Position numbers and translations under genes: made by a program. DNA of 64,000 nt from Octopus sinensis (lineage: Eukaryota), in contig NC_043006.1 of the NCBI RefSeq assembly GCF_006345805.1, positions 39,246,001 through 39,310,000 on the forward strand, written 5' to 3'. Positions 12,423 to 25,795 of the stretch are shown here, piece by piece. Position 1 is the stretch's first letter. Every line of letters begins with the position of its first letter. Under the pieces are notes generated by a model, which saw nothing but the letters and a program-made list of their open reading frames with translations, made no database searches and was not told the DNA's origin.

Positions 12423-12585
12423 TCCATACATACAGGCCTATATACATACATACATGTGTAATACATACATACATACATACATACATACATACATGCATAC
12501 ATACATACATACATACATACATACATACATACATACATGCATGCATACATACATGCATGCATACATACATACATACATACATATA

Positions 12586-12619
<34 letters not shown>

Positions 12620-12700
12620 CATGCATACATACATACATACATACATACATACATACATACATACATACATACATACATACATACATACATACATGCATAC
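12423..12700. repeat. (CATA)n microsatellite
   Basis: About 280 bp of CATA with CATG variants. Confidence 0.95.
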
Positions 12701-14391
12701 AATAGAATACGATCGGTAAGCGGAAGCGTTAAAAAATTAATGATCTGTAGGCACATGGCATTTTGTCATGCAAAACTTTCTCAAGTTCAAAGAGTAATAT
12801 TGTTTTTGCTATGTATATATCACGCTGGAATTTTGTATTTTTGTTAGAAACCAGCTCCTTCCTTCAAAGAAGAGAACAGAAATACATTGTTCTGGTGCAA
12901 AACAAAAAAAATATCGTGTCACTTGTTTAGTGCCATGCGAAGAACTTAACAAATTTCAATATAAAAAGTAATAGGTAAATACGCACACACACAAAAATCT
13001 ATACTCACTTGTGTGTGTGTGTGTAGGCGGTGCACCAGCGTGGCCGCAGTCAAATGACTGAAACACGTTAAAAAATAAAAGTATATATATATATATATAC
13101 ATACACACACACATTTGTGTGTGTATGTGTGTAGGAGAGTACATCAGAAAATCAAGTGTCCTCTTTGCACTCTTTTCCAATTCCCGTAAGATACTTGTAT
13201 ACAGTTGATAAATCCAGCTTCTGTGCCAAGTGTCTGATAATTTCTCAAGGATCTGCTTTAGCTGTTTCTTTCAAAATACCGTCATTTAATATGGCTCGTC
13301 ATCTCGAAAGTAAATTACGGCAAAGATCATAATGGTTACTTTTAAATCTTTGAAGGCACAGCTGACATCTACTGGATCAGAATATACTCCACAAATGGTT
13401 TCTACGTTTATAGGATGGCTGCCACACAACTTTGACTCATATCATCACTTTTTTGTTCTCTTAAACACGAGCAACTTGGGTGTGAATTTTCAGTCCTGCT
13501 AGTGACCTACACTCTTTTACATAGATGTGATAATGATGGGTGCCTCTTGCAACAGGCGTCCAGTGAGCTTAGTACTCACGCAAACACAAGCAGTCATTCC
13601 TTCATGAAATTTTTCATTGAGTATTTTACTTTTATCAGCAACAAAACTGAGATGCTAAATATCAAGAGATGTCTATGCCTGAAGCTTTTAATTGTGAGAT
13701 TGGCCTCGTGCATGGCCAACCACACTTTCCAAACAACGTATACATTTGCCTCCCGCATGGTCGGGCTATCGGCGACTAAATAGGCAACCCTATGAAGCCT
13801 TCTTGCTAAGGAGGGTAGTTTCCGTTGGAAACCCTGCAGAACGGGAAGCAAAACCTGTGAAAGAACTCAGTTGAAACAACGGCCATCCAACAGCTGGGAG
13901 TGTTTATTTAGACATTAAGCGAAGAGAAGAGAACCTTTGATGCAACACTTGCGACTCCGTTTGCACTCACTGACGTAGAGAGCGTAAATACATACGTATG
14001 TATACGTAGAAATGCACATACACACAGACCTACACACACATATTTATGAAAATTCTGAAAGCTTCAAAATAGCAAGAAAATAAGTAACGAACAAAGTAGT
14101 CTATCGCAGATAGACTATCGGTATATTAATTTTCACTTTGAAGAGGAGGCTTTTGCAATCCAGGAAGAGGAAATAATCAAATACCTGATTTAGTAACCGA
14201 AACATTATACACTTCATTCCCAGAGAGCAGATAAAGGAAGTTGAAGTAATGTAGAACACATAACCAGTCATAATATGAAAGAACACTGGTTCCTGTCAGA
14301 ACCACTTAAAATATAAACATAATAGAACAGATATAATGATCTAAGATGAAGAATAGGAAGTGTGCACAGTGGTGGCAATCCTTTGCCAACC

Positions 14392-14805
14392 AGGCGCAGG
14401 AGTGGCTGTGTGGTAAGTAGCTTGCTTACCAACCACGTGGTTCCGGGTTCAGTCCTACTGCGTGGCACCTTGGGCAAGAGTCTTCTACTATAGCTTTGGG
14501 CCGACCAAAGCCTTGTGAGTGGAATTGGCCGACGGAAACTGAAAGAAGCCCGTCGTATATATGTATATATATATGTTTGTGTGTTTGTGTGTCTGTGTTT
14601 GTCTCCTAACATCGCTTGACAACCGATGCTGGTGTGTTTACGTCCGATGCTGGTGTGTTTAGCGATTCGGCAAAAGAGACCGATAGAATAAGTACAAGGC
14701 TTACAAAGAATAAGTCCTGGGGTCGATTGCTCGACTAAAGGCGGTGCTCCAGCATGGCCGCATTCATATGACTGAAACAAGTAAAAGAGAGTAAAAGAGA
14801 GTAAA
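14392..14805 (+). mobile_element. SINE family B, full length
   Basis: Same head, body and tail; internal duplication of ccgatgctggtgtgttta; (GTAAAAGAGA)n tail. Confidence 0.9.
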
Positions 14806-14837
14806 AGTGTTAATGATACGAGAGAAAGAAAACATTA

Positions 14838-15053
14838 CGAGAGGGTGCTGAGAAGTTCCTGATTTTGAATAGAAGAAAAAAATTGGAGAATCAGTTAATA
14901 ATTTTATCCAACGTATTTCCCTCTCAGTTTCACACACTTATTGCAGCGGTGCTTCAGTTTTTCTAAGTCCCGTAAAAGAACTGTAAAATGTTAGCGCCCC
15001 AGCAAGAAGTTTCACGATACCCTTAAAGACAGGAGCTTTTCATCACCTCCTCG
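14838..15053. mobile_element. mariner-derived MITE
   Basis: TA + cgagagggtgctgagaagttcctg ... caggagcttttcatcacctcctcg + TG. The same TIR occurs at 48965-49290. Confidence 0.7.
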
Positions 15054-15269
15054 TGCATTTAACATTTGAGAATCTGTCGATACTTCACCTGGGCATGAAC
15101 TTTTGATAGATATCTGTAAGCATTGGAGAACTGAGAAATGTAGCTCACTGTCTAACTACAAAATCCCGTGTACTACACTATAAAAATCCAGAAAGGACAC
15201 AGCGAATAAAGAAATTAATGCGAAAATATGTAAAACATTCCAAAATTTTCGTGTGACCTAGCAGTTAGT

Positions 15270-15540
15270 GTATTGTCCTCATGACCGTTAAATCATAGAT
15301 TCGGTTCAACGACCGAGCGGCGTGTTGTGTCCTGATCAAAACACTGTTTCACATTGCTCCGCTGCACTCAGCTGTAGATGAGGAGCCATGTGACGAAGTA
15401 CCCGTCCAATCAGGAGGAAATGTTGGCCTCCTTACCCAGCCAGCCGGGTAGCGACACTCGAATGTTAGAACAATGTGAAGCGCATTGGGCCTAGCGATGT
15501 ATAACAACATCCAATAGTCTGGTCGATCAAGTGATACCGT
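15270..15540 (+). mobile_element. tRNA-derived SINE, family C head with a distinct tail
   Basis: gtgttgtgtcctgatcaaaacactgtttcacattgctcc...cactcagctg body shared with 24850-25190. Confidence 0.6.
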
Positions 15541-16159
15541 GACATATATAAACATGTGAGTGAGTTTGTATGTATGTGTGTGTATGTATATATATATATA
15601 TGTCTATATGTGTATGTAAATATATAGATGTATATTTATATTTATATATGTATTTATATATGTATATACATATGTATATATGTCTATGCAAATATATAAG
15701 TGTATTTAGATGTATAATATATATATATATATAAATACTCACACGTTTACATACTTGAATTACATAAATTCATATATACACTATTAAATAGACATATGTA
15801 TGCATTTGTAATCTAACAGCAGTAGATAATTAGAACACGAACAGAATAGAGAGTAAAGACATTGAACCCACCCGAGGCGACAGAAAATGTCAATTATGTC
15901 AGTGTTTCTATGGAAAGATATTGCACATGTGATCTGGAACTGCCATATTTTTCATTAGGCTATTGCTGTTACTTATAACGAGCTATAATGTTGTTGCCAG
16001 AGAAATACAGAACTCAATAGAGCCGAAGTAGAGCAGAATACATTCATATTGAAACTATATCATGTGTTGTCTGATAAATTTGTTCGCTTTTTTTCTTCAT
16101 AATCCTACACATTTCATCAATAATTTTAACATTCCATTAATACCTGCTCCTTGTAAGGT

Positions 16160-16365
16160 ACCGAATTGGCAGAATCGTTTTCACAAATGTTAGCGGCATT
16201 TCGTCCGTCTTTATTTCTGAGCTCAAATTCGGCTAAAGTCGACTGTGCCTTTCAACCTTTTCGAGATCGATAAAATAAATACCAGTCAACTACTGGGGTC
16301 GATGTAATCGACTTACGTTTCCCTCAAAATTGCTGGCCTTGTACAAAAATTTGAAACCAGTAATA
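16160..16365 (+). mobile_element. SINE family A
   Basis: ggcagaatcgtt...gagctcaaattc...gtcgactgtgcctttc...ggggtcgatgtaatcgac...aaatttgaaacc. Confidence 0.75.
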
Positions 16366-17799
16366 TATGCTTTTTCATAGATCAGGAGTTCTTGCCAGTG
16401 TTTCAGTAACTCGTTAATGCTTTGCCGGTAGGAACCTCCAAGTTTTAACGCGAAGAATTCTTCGAGCCACGTTTTCAGTTTCAGATCCATGTTTAACGGA
16501 AGTTCTTGAAGTCTGTCCCACAGCGAAGTAGAACGTCTCACATCAACTTTTGGCTAGCATTTTTGGTCAAACTAGCAAAGTGGGGACGAGCGTTGGTGTG
16601 TTGAAGAACACCATGTTGCCGGCTGTGTCGTTTCAGCTAGAGTGCTCACCGAGTAAATTTATCTCTCTGCACGGCACCGTGTGCAAGTGTCTTCTACTAT
16701 TTGGTAGATAGAACCCATAGCATATACATACATAATTTGAGTTTCACGCTTTAATTTTTGTATATTTTACAATTATACGTATAATGATAATACAAGTACT
16801 TTTTCGCTTTCCGCAATCTTCATGTTTATGTAGTAGCAAGCTTAACCGACGGTTGTGTTTCGCAACTGATAATAGTAGTGGAATGATTAAGTTCGCCCTT
16901 TAAATACCTTCCGATAAGTCACAGGAGGCTGGATCTTGCCAACTGTATTTAGCCAAACAGTATGCAGTTTTGGTTTGCATACGTCAGTGTAACCTGATGG
17001 TACGGCAAAAGAGCGGCTACTAGAATAAGCATCAAACATTTTTAAAGGCATCATAAGGACTTGGGGTTGGTGTTACCCCGCATGGCTGCTGTCCAATGAC
17101 TGAAACAAGCATAAGATAAAAAGATAGAAAGTAAAAGAGTGAACGAGTTATATATTGCAGAATGCATAGGAAATGAATAAAGAAAATCACTGAAATCTAA
17201 TGAGATTAGACTTGTTATTATATATTTAAGCGGTGATTACTTGGTGGGTTGACCCGATAATTTGGCTAAACACAGCTGTTTATTTTTCAACCAGTCGATC
17301 TATTTAGCTGTAAATAGGGGCGCTGTACTTAATGCTAGTGTTGTTAATTGTGTATTTCAAATAAGTTTAATTTACTCTAATTGTGCTTATCACAAGCACG
17401 ACGTAAAATTCGTTTGTATGGAAATGTTAGGAGCAACCGCTCCTTGTGGTTGTAACTCACCATGCAAATTTAGATAAGAGGCATGAAAATAAGGTCATTA
17501 GTTATACATTGATAGCGTAAATAATGGAAATAGAAGAGAAAACAAACGAAACAAAAACTAATCAGCAACAAAACATGAGTGTAACACGTGAGACAATATG
17601 GGGTCGGCTTGACCAGTTAGAAGCGACAATGAAATCTCTCTTAGATGCTTCCATATTGTTTTGCATCGAGACAGGACGCAAGGTTTAAATTAGTCTTCGT
17701 ATATCTGTCGACGAAAGAAAAGACCTGATGGGAAAGATTCTAAAGTATTTGACAATAGATTTATTAGATCTGAATTGATTTGGATCTAAACAACAGCAA

Positions 17800-18045
17800 C
17801 AGTTTCTGATTTAGGAACAAGGCCGGCAGTTTTTGAAGAAAAAGGCGTAAGTAGTCGATACCATCGACTCTTTTACTTCACTGGTAGTTTATTTTATCGA
17901 CTTCGGGAGGATGAAAAGCAAAGCGGGTCTCGGCACGATTTGAACTAAGAACGCAAAGAGTCGGACCAAATGATAGGAGGAACGATGAGGAGGGCGAGGT
18001 CGGCGAGGGTGGTAATTCTGTCAGCTCGCCGCCTTTGCTAAACAA
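17800..18045 (-). mobile_element. SINE family A
   Basis: Reverse complement of the family A core (cgacttcgggaggatgaaaagcaaag...ctcggcacgatttgaact). Confidence 0.65.
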
Positions 18046-18789
18046 CGATGCAAGTATTCTTATTACATGTTCATAGAGGATACACAAAGTCAACATTTTC
18101 AAACTGGTTAGAAAGATAATAGAATGATTCTGATGCAACTCAGTCACCCAGAAGATAGTTCTAGATTATATATAACTGACGGAAATGAAAACAGAAGAGT
18201 AGACCAATGAGATGAATGGGAAACAAATGTTTCGCGAGTGACAGTGTCCGCTTCTGTCCACTTCATCTCACTGCACACCAACTTGGAAGTCCGATTTGAT
18301 TCATGTCGATGCAAAACCATCCGTAGTTTACCAGTTCTGCTTATTATCATTATGTAACCGACTTAAAAGTCCAGCAATAGATTGATTGATAATTTCGTTA
18401 ATCTGAGGTTAGATAATAACAGATAAATGATTCATTTGAACGGCGCCGATTATGGCTCAGCGGTGATGGAATTGTTTGAAACAGGATCAAATATATTAGT
18501 ACTTCTAATACTGTTCGAATATTTAGAACATGAATTTTAGAAAATTTATTTTAATGAAACTTTGCTAATTACACACCGCCGTCGTTCTTTGTAGTAGTGG
18601 TTGTTATAGTAATTAATATAAAGTCATCGTATGTACGTATTTAAAGCACGGCGAATTGAGCCAATGAAAGGCAAGTATTATGACCATAAATAAATAACAA
18701 TATCGACAAAGATACAAAGATCTAAAATCTTATTGATTTAATAAGCCGTGACACTTCATTGTGAGATGTTATTTAACCATGAAGCAAAT

Positions 18790-19000
18790 AGCAGACCGGC
18801 AGAATGGTTAGAGTGTCGGAAAAATGCTTTGTGGTATTTGTTCAGATTCTTTAAGTTCTGAGTTCAGCATCGACCGAGGCTGACTTTCCCTTTCATCTTT
18901 TCCAGTGAACGATAACATAAGTGCCAATCGCAATTTGGGATTATGTTATCGACGTAACCCATTCCCTGAAATATTAGTAGCCTTGTTCCATACTTTGAAG
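18790..19000 (+). mobile_element. SINE family A, diverged
   Basis: ggcagaatggttagagtgtcgg...gttctgagttc...ccgaggctgactttccctttcatc. Confidence 0.65.
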
Positions 19001-19422
19001 CTATTATAACCAAAATCTGTCTCAAAGAAGTGAATCAATTATCAAAGGCATTCCGACCATGACCACCCAGTTTTTTTATAGAAATACAATAGATCGAACG
19101 TGTTTGGACTCTTTCAATGGCTCGGTTTTACAAGTGATAAAATATAAGGTATCCTCAGTTGTCTGTTAAATTAATTTTATTCACAGCTAAAAAAGCAACA
19201 CAATTCTGTATTTCTGAGATTAGGAAGTTATTATGTAATGGAAACGGTGTATATATAATATATTCCTCATCTCAGGAATATAGAATTATTTTATCCAATC
19301 GGTACGGAGCCGAGCTACGATGTCAATGGAGGTTTATGAGACTGCCTATGGGCATGACGTAGGAAATTAAAGGCGTTGATTAATGCAATACTATCACCAA
19401 GGTACTAAGGTGAATCACAAAG

Positions 19423-19464
19423 CACCTGAAGAAGGCGGGAGCGTTCAACAGCCGAAATGTAGTG
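19423..19464 (+). ncRNA. Minimal type I hammerhead ribozyme motif (probably decayed)
   Basis: cac-CTGAAGA-a-ggc...gcc-GAAA-tg-TA-gtg. Stem I cac/gtg, stem II ggc/gcc; stem III atgt is one transition from the palindrome acgt. Confidence 0.55.
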
Positions 19465-20717
19465 AAAGCAACAATTAAGATGGGGACACCAGTCCGACTT
19501 ATGTAAATAGTGTACAACTAAGAATGTCTATTCACACAGAGAAGCAACCTCATAGATAATGAGTTCGTATTTTGATGTTGACTGTCAGTTCTCAAGTGTG
19601 GAATTATAAATGACTTAATGAAGAAGTTGTTACTTCAGCTTAGTTTTCTGCCTTCAACCTGTGTTTCTGAGTTCGTTTCCACGGCCGTAATCTTGCTACA
19701 TTAAGAAAGTATTGTGAACGTGTCGAAAAGACATGAGCATCTTTTACTGAGAAGCGGGCCGCATGTGACAACGTTCATCATCAGTCGAGCTGCAGTATTA
19801 AAAAAATTTTTTCGTTGGTGTGCCATTCCTAAAGTCATTCGGGCTTCAGTCTGGCCATGATTGGTGTAAAATATCGTATGTATTGAGAACTCGTTTGTCA
19901 CTGCTTAGCCGTTCTACTATAAGGATTTAATCAATAATGCATCGGTAGTTTCAATGAAGCTACACTTTCACTGACAAATACTAGGAAAGGAGAAACAACT
20001 GAAGTTATCTTCCTTAACTGCGAATGAAAGATATTAGTCACAAAATAATATTATTTTATAATATCTCTTCGCATATTTGATCTTGCTTTAGTTATTTTAA
20101 TACACCAAGCATTAAGTATTCTTTTATTGTTCGATTACATTTGGGAAATTATACTATTTTAAACTTTGCAGTCTTATGAATATATTTTTCTTTCGTGAAA
20201 AGCTCTTTTCTCACGTTGAAAAATTGTTGTCTTCAACAAATTAAAAAACAACGATTTGTATTGTTTTTGATTTGTCGAGCTTTTTGTAAGATTCTACAGT
20301 TAAGATCATGTTTTGCCGTTATGAGTTCGTTCTACCATTATACAGTTATTCTACAGTTATGAAATTGTTTTTGTTCTGTGCACTCGAATAAGACACCTAA
20401 TCACAAAATTTGTCTTGAAAATAATTACCACTTTTGACTGAAAGAAATACTTTACAATAAAGAATTTCCCTCTCCAAAGAGAGTAGCGACGCTGTTTAGC
20501 ATAATTTGTTATACTATGTGGAAATAGGAATTGTTCGAAATTTGAAACTGAGATGAAAGAATATTCGTATCCGTGGCGAAGAAGAGTTATCGGCTCCTAT
20601 TCTACAACAAACGCTGTACGGTGTCAAGTATTTTGCTCGGTCGAAGCTGCTGTAAATAGGTGCCATGCGAGGGTAGGCAATAGAGGAGACAAAGTGTATA
20701 TTGTGTTTCGTTAGATC

Positions 20718-21119
20718 TGTAGCGACACAAGCAGTCAGCGCTATATTGGACGAGATCTCGCGACAGCCATTGCCATCTCCGAGACTGGACCGAGACCTCA
20801 CCTGCATTCCATTTGCCATGCGCGAGATCACAAGGAGGCTTGCGATGGAAAGCTCTATATATAAAGGAAAACCCGATTCAAATCTCTCTCTTTTTGGCGT
20901 CACTTTATGATCACCACCACCGGCTGGACCTGTCTATATGTTGTATCTCCAGAGGCAATGCGCCCGCACTAACGGAACTACTACACAACGCACACAGCTT
21001 AAGATGGTAGCTGAGAGCAGCACACTACACCTATCCCGCGAATCCTGTAAATAAACCAGTTGTAAATAGCATTTGTACTTGAAGTCTTCTCTATTCGCCT
21101 GCCGGAAGCCTGAACTACG
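20718..21119 (+). mobile_element. Candidate solo LTR
   Basis: Begins TGTAG and ends CTACG (one change from CTACA). Internal TATATATAA (about 20857) precedes AATAAA (about 21049); about 400 bp. No target-site duplication found. Confidence 0.45.
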
Positions 21120-21544
21120 CGAAGAACGAAAAGATGATGGAAAAAGACGATATTCTTCCGATATCGCAAACCTTGCCTTCCATTATAGATTTTATCAATG
21201 AGCTGAACTTTCCTTGTGAATTAAAGGACATGGAAACTAAACGACAATGAATGGCTGACTGACAACGTGAAATCGAAGTATTTAATTATGATCCAAAGAT
21301 GCAACAATGTATTAAAAGGCGTCACTGCAACTAGGATGGTGGTGAAAGTCGTGTAGTTGTGCCGTAGAAGATGTCCACCTATTAGTTAGTAGTTGAACTG
21401 TCTGTTATATCAAGCATAAATCTGACATCCAGAATAAATCAAAACCAAAGTCTGGACTTGATTTCAGGGTGACAGATTTAGATTACGGATTGACACAGCA
21501 GTGAGGCTGAACATTTACAGATTGATCTGTTACGTATTCCTGAC

Positions 21545-21776
21545 AGCAAATGGAATCGAAGTAGCGCAGGATTAAGACATTTGTCCGGATACACGAAGGC
21601 AAAAAAAAAAGCAGGTGAAGTGAACTAGTCACTGGATCACCAGAATGAGAGATGAACTTAAAGTAGCAAAGGGAACCGAAGCAATGCAGGATTAAGATAT
21701 TTGTGCGGAGACACGAAGGCAAAAATGCAGGTGAAGTGAACCATTCGCTGGATCATCTGAATGAGAGATGAACTTA
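21545..21776. repeat. Two-copy imperfect tandem repeat (about 116-120 bp unit)
   Basis: agcaaa.ggaa.cgaag...gcaggattaaga.atttgt.cgga.acacgaaggcaaaaa...gcaggtgaagtgaac...gaatgagagatgaactta is present twice. Confidence 0.85.
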
Positions 21777-23264
21777 ATGTAGACTAGATTGTCTCTGTCA
21801 TAACATAACCCACAACAGAAGCATGAGTCTCCAATAAGCCTCATATGTATTCACACAACTTAATGAAAATAGTAAATAAATTTTCCTCAAATTTCTACCC
21901 CGTTTTCCAAATAAAAGACAGCTGGTCAAATATGGAACGTCCTTGATTACAGATCAGTTGGTTCCATAAGCAAAACAGTGTTGTCATGGTAACTGATCGA
22001 TGAGTTCTGATTTGAAGGTAAATGTTCCCAGCTGGATAAATTCACTATTTTCCACAGTAGAGCTTTGCTTAGCTCAAAATCCTACTCTATCTGCTTCTTT
22101 AGTGCCTTTTATTTTAATTTTTCTTGAGTTTTAGGATTCATTAGGTTGATCACCTGGTTTCCATGGCGAAGTAACCGAGATCATAACAACCCCACTGAAC
22201 AGGACATCAGTCCATTACACGGCTCAAGGCCAGCAATTTTTCTTTTAAGAAGAGGGAACAAATCGATTACACCACCCCCACCCCTCAGTACCTGACAAGT
22301 AGTTTCACATCGACCCCGGAAGAGATGAAAGGTGAAGTTAATCTCGGCGCGATTTGAACACACATGTACATTTCTACTTCTGCATTTGTACTTGTCGACC
22401 CCGAAAGGACAAAAGGCAAGATTGCTCTCGGCGGTATTTTTGCAGAGTTTTATTTTGTTTCGAATTTCCAGACGACGGATACTATCTGAGGCTGACATTT
22501 TCCCTTTTCTACCATCGATGCAAAGGCAATGCCAAGAGACTTGGAAACAACACCAAGCTACTACCACAAGAATACAACTTCAACCCAATGTAAATATATT
22601 TTCTTTTTAAGCAACACAAGCAAACCGTATAAAACACTAACAATTCTTCTGTCTAACCTCTCTTAACCACCATTTGTATAGCTTAGCTCATACAAAACAT
22701 CAGCTAAATATTATAGCAATTGTCTGTCGTTTACTTTGCACTTGATACAGTAATACAGTAATATTTTCTTTTATTACCAGGCGGCAAATTTGACTAAATA
22801 ACGTCACGTAACACATATGGTTAGTGTCTGGTACCATTTTTGTTGAAGAGATCTACCTCTTAGGTTTTTTCTCTCTTTTTACTTTCCCTGTACGAAAGTG
22901 CGTATGTATATGCGTCTCCACGTGTTTGTGTGTCTACGTAATGTTCAAGTGTTTGTGTTTCTGTGAACGTATGTTTGTATCTATGTCCGTGTCTATATGT
23001 GTTAGCATATATTTCTGCGTATGTGAGTATGTGAGTGTGTGAGAGAGAGATTGTGCGCATATGTATGGGCGCGTGTGTAAGTGCGCATGCGTGTTGATTT
23101 CTATTCCCTCTACTTTTTTTTTTGCAAGATTATTTCGAAATGGTTATGGAAAAAAGAAAGAAAAACATAAATATAAAAGCAAATAAAACCAATAAAAAGA
23201 ACGTTATTTCCTGACAATTTTTTTAAATAGATCTTTTTACACGCTTACTTACACGCATATACCA

Positions 23265-23416
23265 TTCCCATATATATATGTATATATATATACATACACA
23301 CACACATATATATGTATATATATATACATACACACACATACTTATATGTATATATATATACATAAACACTCATGCATATATGTATATATATATATATGTA
23401 TATACATATATATATG

Positions 23417-23456
<40 letters not shown>

Positions 23457-23705
23457 CACACACACACATATATATATATATAATATATATACATATATAC
23501 ACACACACACACACATATATATATATGTATATATGTACATACACACATGTATATATATAAACATACACACAATATAAGTATATATATATACACACACACA
23601 CATATAAGTATATGTATTCATACACACACATATAAGTATATGTATACATACACACACACACATATAAGTATATGTATACATACACACACACACATATACA
23701 TATAT
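23265..23705. repeat. Compound TA/CA low-complexity tract
   Basis: Direct inspection. Confidence 0.9.
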
Positions 23706-23957
23706 ATTCTCAAATAGACACAAACATACGTCTAGATATTCATACCTGCGTAATCATGAATGCGTATGTAAATATGCAGGTATGAGTAGACAGGTATTAA
23801 TGAAAATCCGTATATAATTACAAATCGAAATATATACATACCTACTTATTTACATATTGATGCATTCGTACATACAATGCATGCATACATATATGTTTAG
23901 ATATGGATGTATACATACACGAGCGCACATACGCGCGCACATATATATATATATATA

Positions 23958-24004
<47 letters not shown>

Positions 24005-24454
24005 TGAACATTAAAATAAGTCTGTACAGGTCTGTGTCCACGTTTAGTTCCTATGTGCATTTGCCTATATATGTTTGTGTGAATATATATATATATATAA
24101 TATATATATATATAGTTAGATGTGTATGTATATATTTACATATGTATAATCAATACTGCTTTTCCTATATACATGTAGAATTGAAAAGACGATCACATGC
24201 TTCAGATGTCTTATTTTAACTTTTCTAAAACTAATCTAAACATATGCTACATTTCTAGTCTACTGTCACAATCTACTGTATATTTTTTTATAGGTTACGT
24301 CTGAGAAAATACATAATAATGATTATAATATTCTCCAACTGAGTAGAATAAACTTTAAAAACATATGATATATTTGAACCGAGTATTACATAATGTACTC
24401 ACAAATTAGACAGTTTTATTGAACTGGACAGAATATATTCCAGCTTGGAATTTA

Positions 24455-24755
24455 CGACGACGACGAGTGTTCCAGATGATTCGATTAAAGGAACAGCCTG
24501 CTCGTGAAATTAACGTGCAAATGGCTGAGTCCTCCGCAGACACGTGTACCTTTAACGTAATTCTCAGGAAGATTCAGCGTGATACAGAAAGTTAAAAGGC
24601 TGGCTGGCCCTTTGAATTACAAGGACTAATCTTTTTTGCCAACTGAGTAGACTGGAGCAATGTGGAATAAAATGTTTTGCTCAAGGACACGATGCGCTGC
24701 CAGGAATTGAACTCACGAAGCCGAATAATCTAACCTCTAAGCCATGCGCCTTCGC
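24455..24755 (-). mobile_element. tRNA-derived SINE (family C head + tail X) with (TCG)n end
   Basis: Tail ggaacagcctgctcgtgaaattaacgtg...gacacgtgtacc.ttaacgta is shared with 35348-35716; the head contains gtgtccttgagcaaaac. Confidence 0.75.
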
Positions 24756-24849
24756 TACCAAAAAGAATAATTTAGTGGAACACTGTTCCTTACTCTTTGT
24801 TTGTTCTGTGTATCACATATACACAAGACTTATTTCCCATTTGTGAAGG

Positions 24850-25190
24850 CCCATGGCTCAGTGGTTAGAGCGTCGAGCTTACGATCGTGGGATTGTGAGT
24901 TCGATTCCCAGACCGGGCCGCGTGTTGTATTCTTGAGCAAGACACTTTATTTCACGTTGCTCCATTTCACTCAACCGTTGAAATAAGTTGCGACATCGCA
25001 GGTGCCAAGCTGTATCGGCCTTTGCCTTTTCCTTGGATAACATCAGTGGTGGGAAGAGGGGAGGCTGGTATGCATGGTTGACTGCTGGCCTTCCCCAAAC
25101 AACTTTGGCCGGATCTATGCCTCGGAAGGGAACTTTCTAGGTGCAATCCCATGGTCATTCATGACCGAAGGGGTCTCCTTCATCTCCCAT
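24850..25190 (+). mobile_element. tRNA-derived SINE (family C head + tail Y)
   Basis: ggcccatggctcagtggttagagcg (A box), gagttcgattccc (B box), gttgtattcttgagcaagacactt body. Confidence 0.8.
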
Positions 25191-25490
25191 TTCCCAAGAA
25201 TCTGTACATTATTTGAGACACATTCTTAATTCTTTTCAACCATCAGAGTAACTTGGTACTTATAAAAGAAAAACTTTATGTTAGACAGAACGTGTGAAAC
25301 AATGGCCAGCTAAGAGTCTGGTCACACGCATGGATGTTTAGAAGAAACTTACAAAAATTGGGTCTGCAAGAAAGCATGAAGAGGCTTAGAATCAGGGCTT
25401 AGAATCTTTTGTAATTGGGTTAGATTAACTCCATGTAAGGTTTGATCAAGTAGAACTGATCAACCTATATTTGTGTTAAATATAGTAAAT

Positions 25491-25795
25491 AGGCTCATGG
25501 CCAAGTGGTGAGAGCAGCGGACTCGCGGTCGAGGGATCGCGAGTTCGAATCTCAGACCGGGCGATGTGTGTGTTTATGAGCAAAACGCCTAAGCTCCACG
25601 CGGCTTCGGCAGAAAGTAATGGCGAACTTTTGCTGGTTCTTTCGCCACAACTTTCTCTCACTCTTTCCTCCTGCATCTTGCAGCTCACCTGCGACGGACC
25701 GGCGTCCCGTCCAGGTGGAGAACCTATACGTTAAGGAAACAGGGAAACCGGCCCTAATGAGCCCTAATGAGCTCGACAAGGAACAAAAAACAAAA
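25491..25795 (+). mobile_element. tRNA-derived SINE (family D head + tail Z)
   Basis: tggccaagtggtgagagc (A box), gagttcgaatctc (B box); the body is shared with 35348-35716 up to ccacaactttctctcactctt. Confidence 0.8.

Noticed and set aside
13180-13900. Possible LINE 5' region; shares tgcaagaggcacccatcatt with about 37222
   Set aside because: A short similarity suggests a dispersed repeat, but I cannot assign class or boundaries.
17230-17530. Possible conserved non-coding enhancer (unique, TAAT-rich)
   Set aside because: Cannot be supported without a cross-species alignment.
17575-17690. Short ORF MSVTRETIWGRLDQLEATMKSLL
   Set aside because: About 36 codons, no recognisable family, weak splice context.
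24850-25560. tRNA genes at 24850 and 25491
   Set aside because: A and B boxes are present, but there is no complete acceptor stem and the sequence continues into SINE bodies; these are SINE heads.
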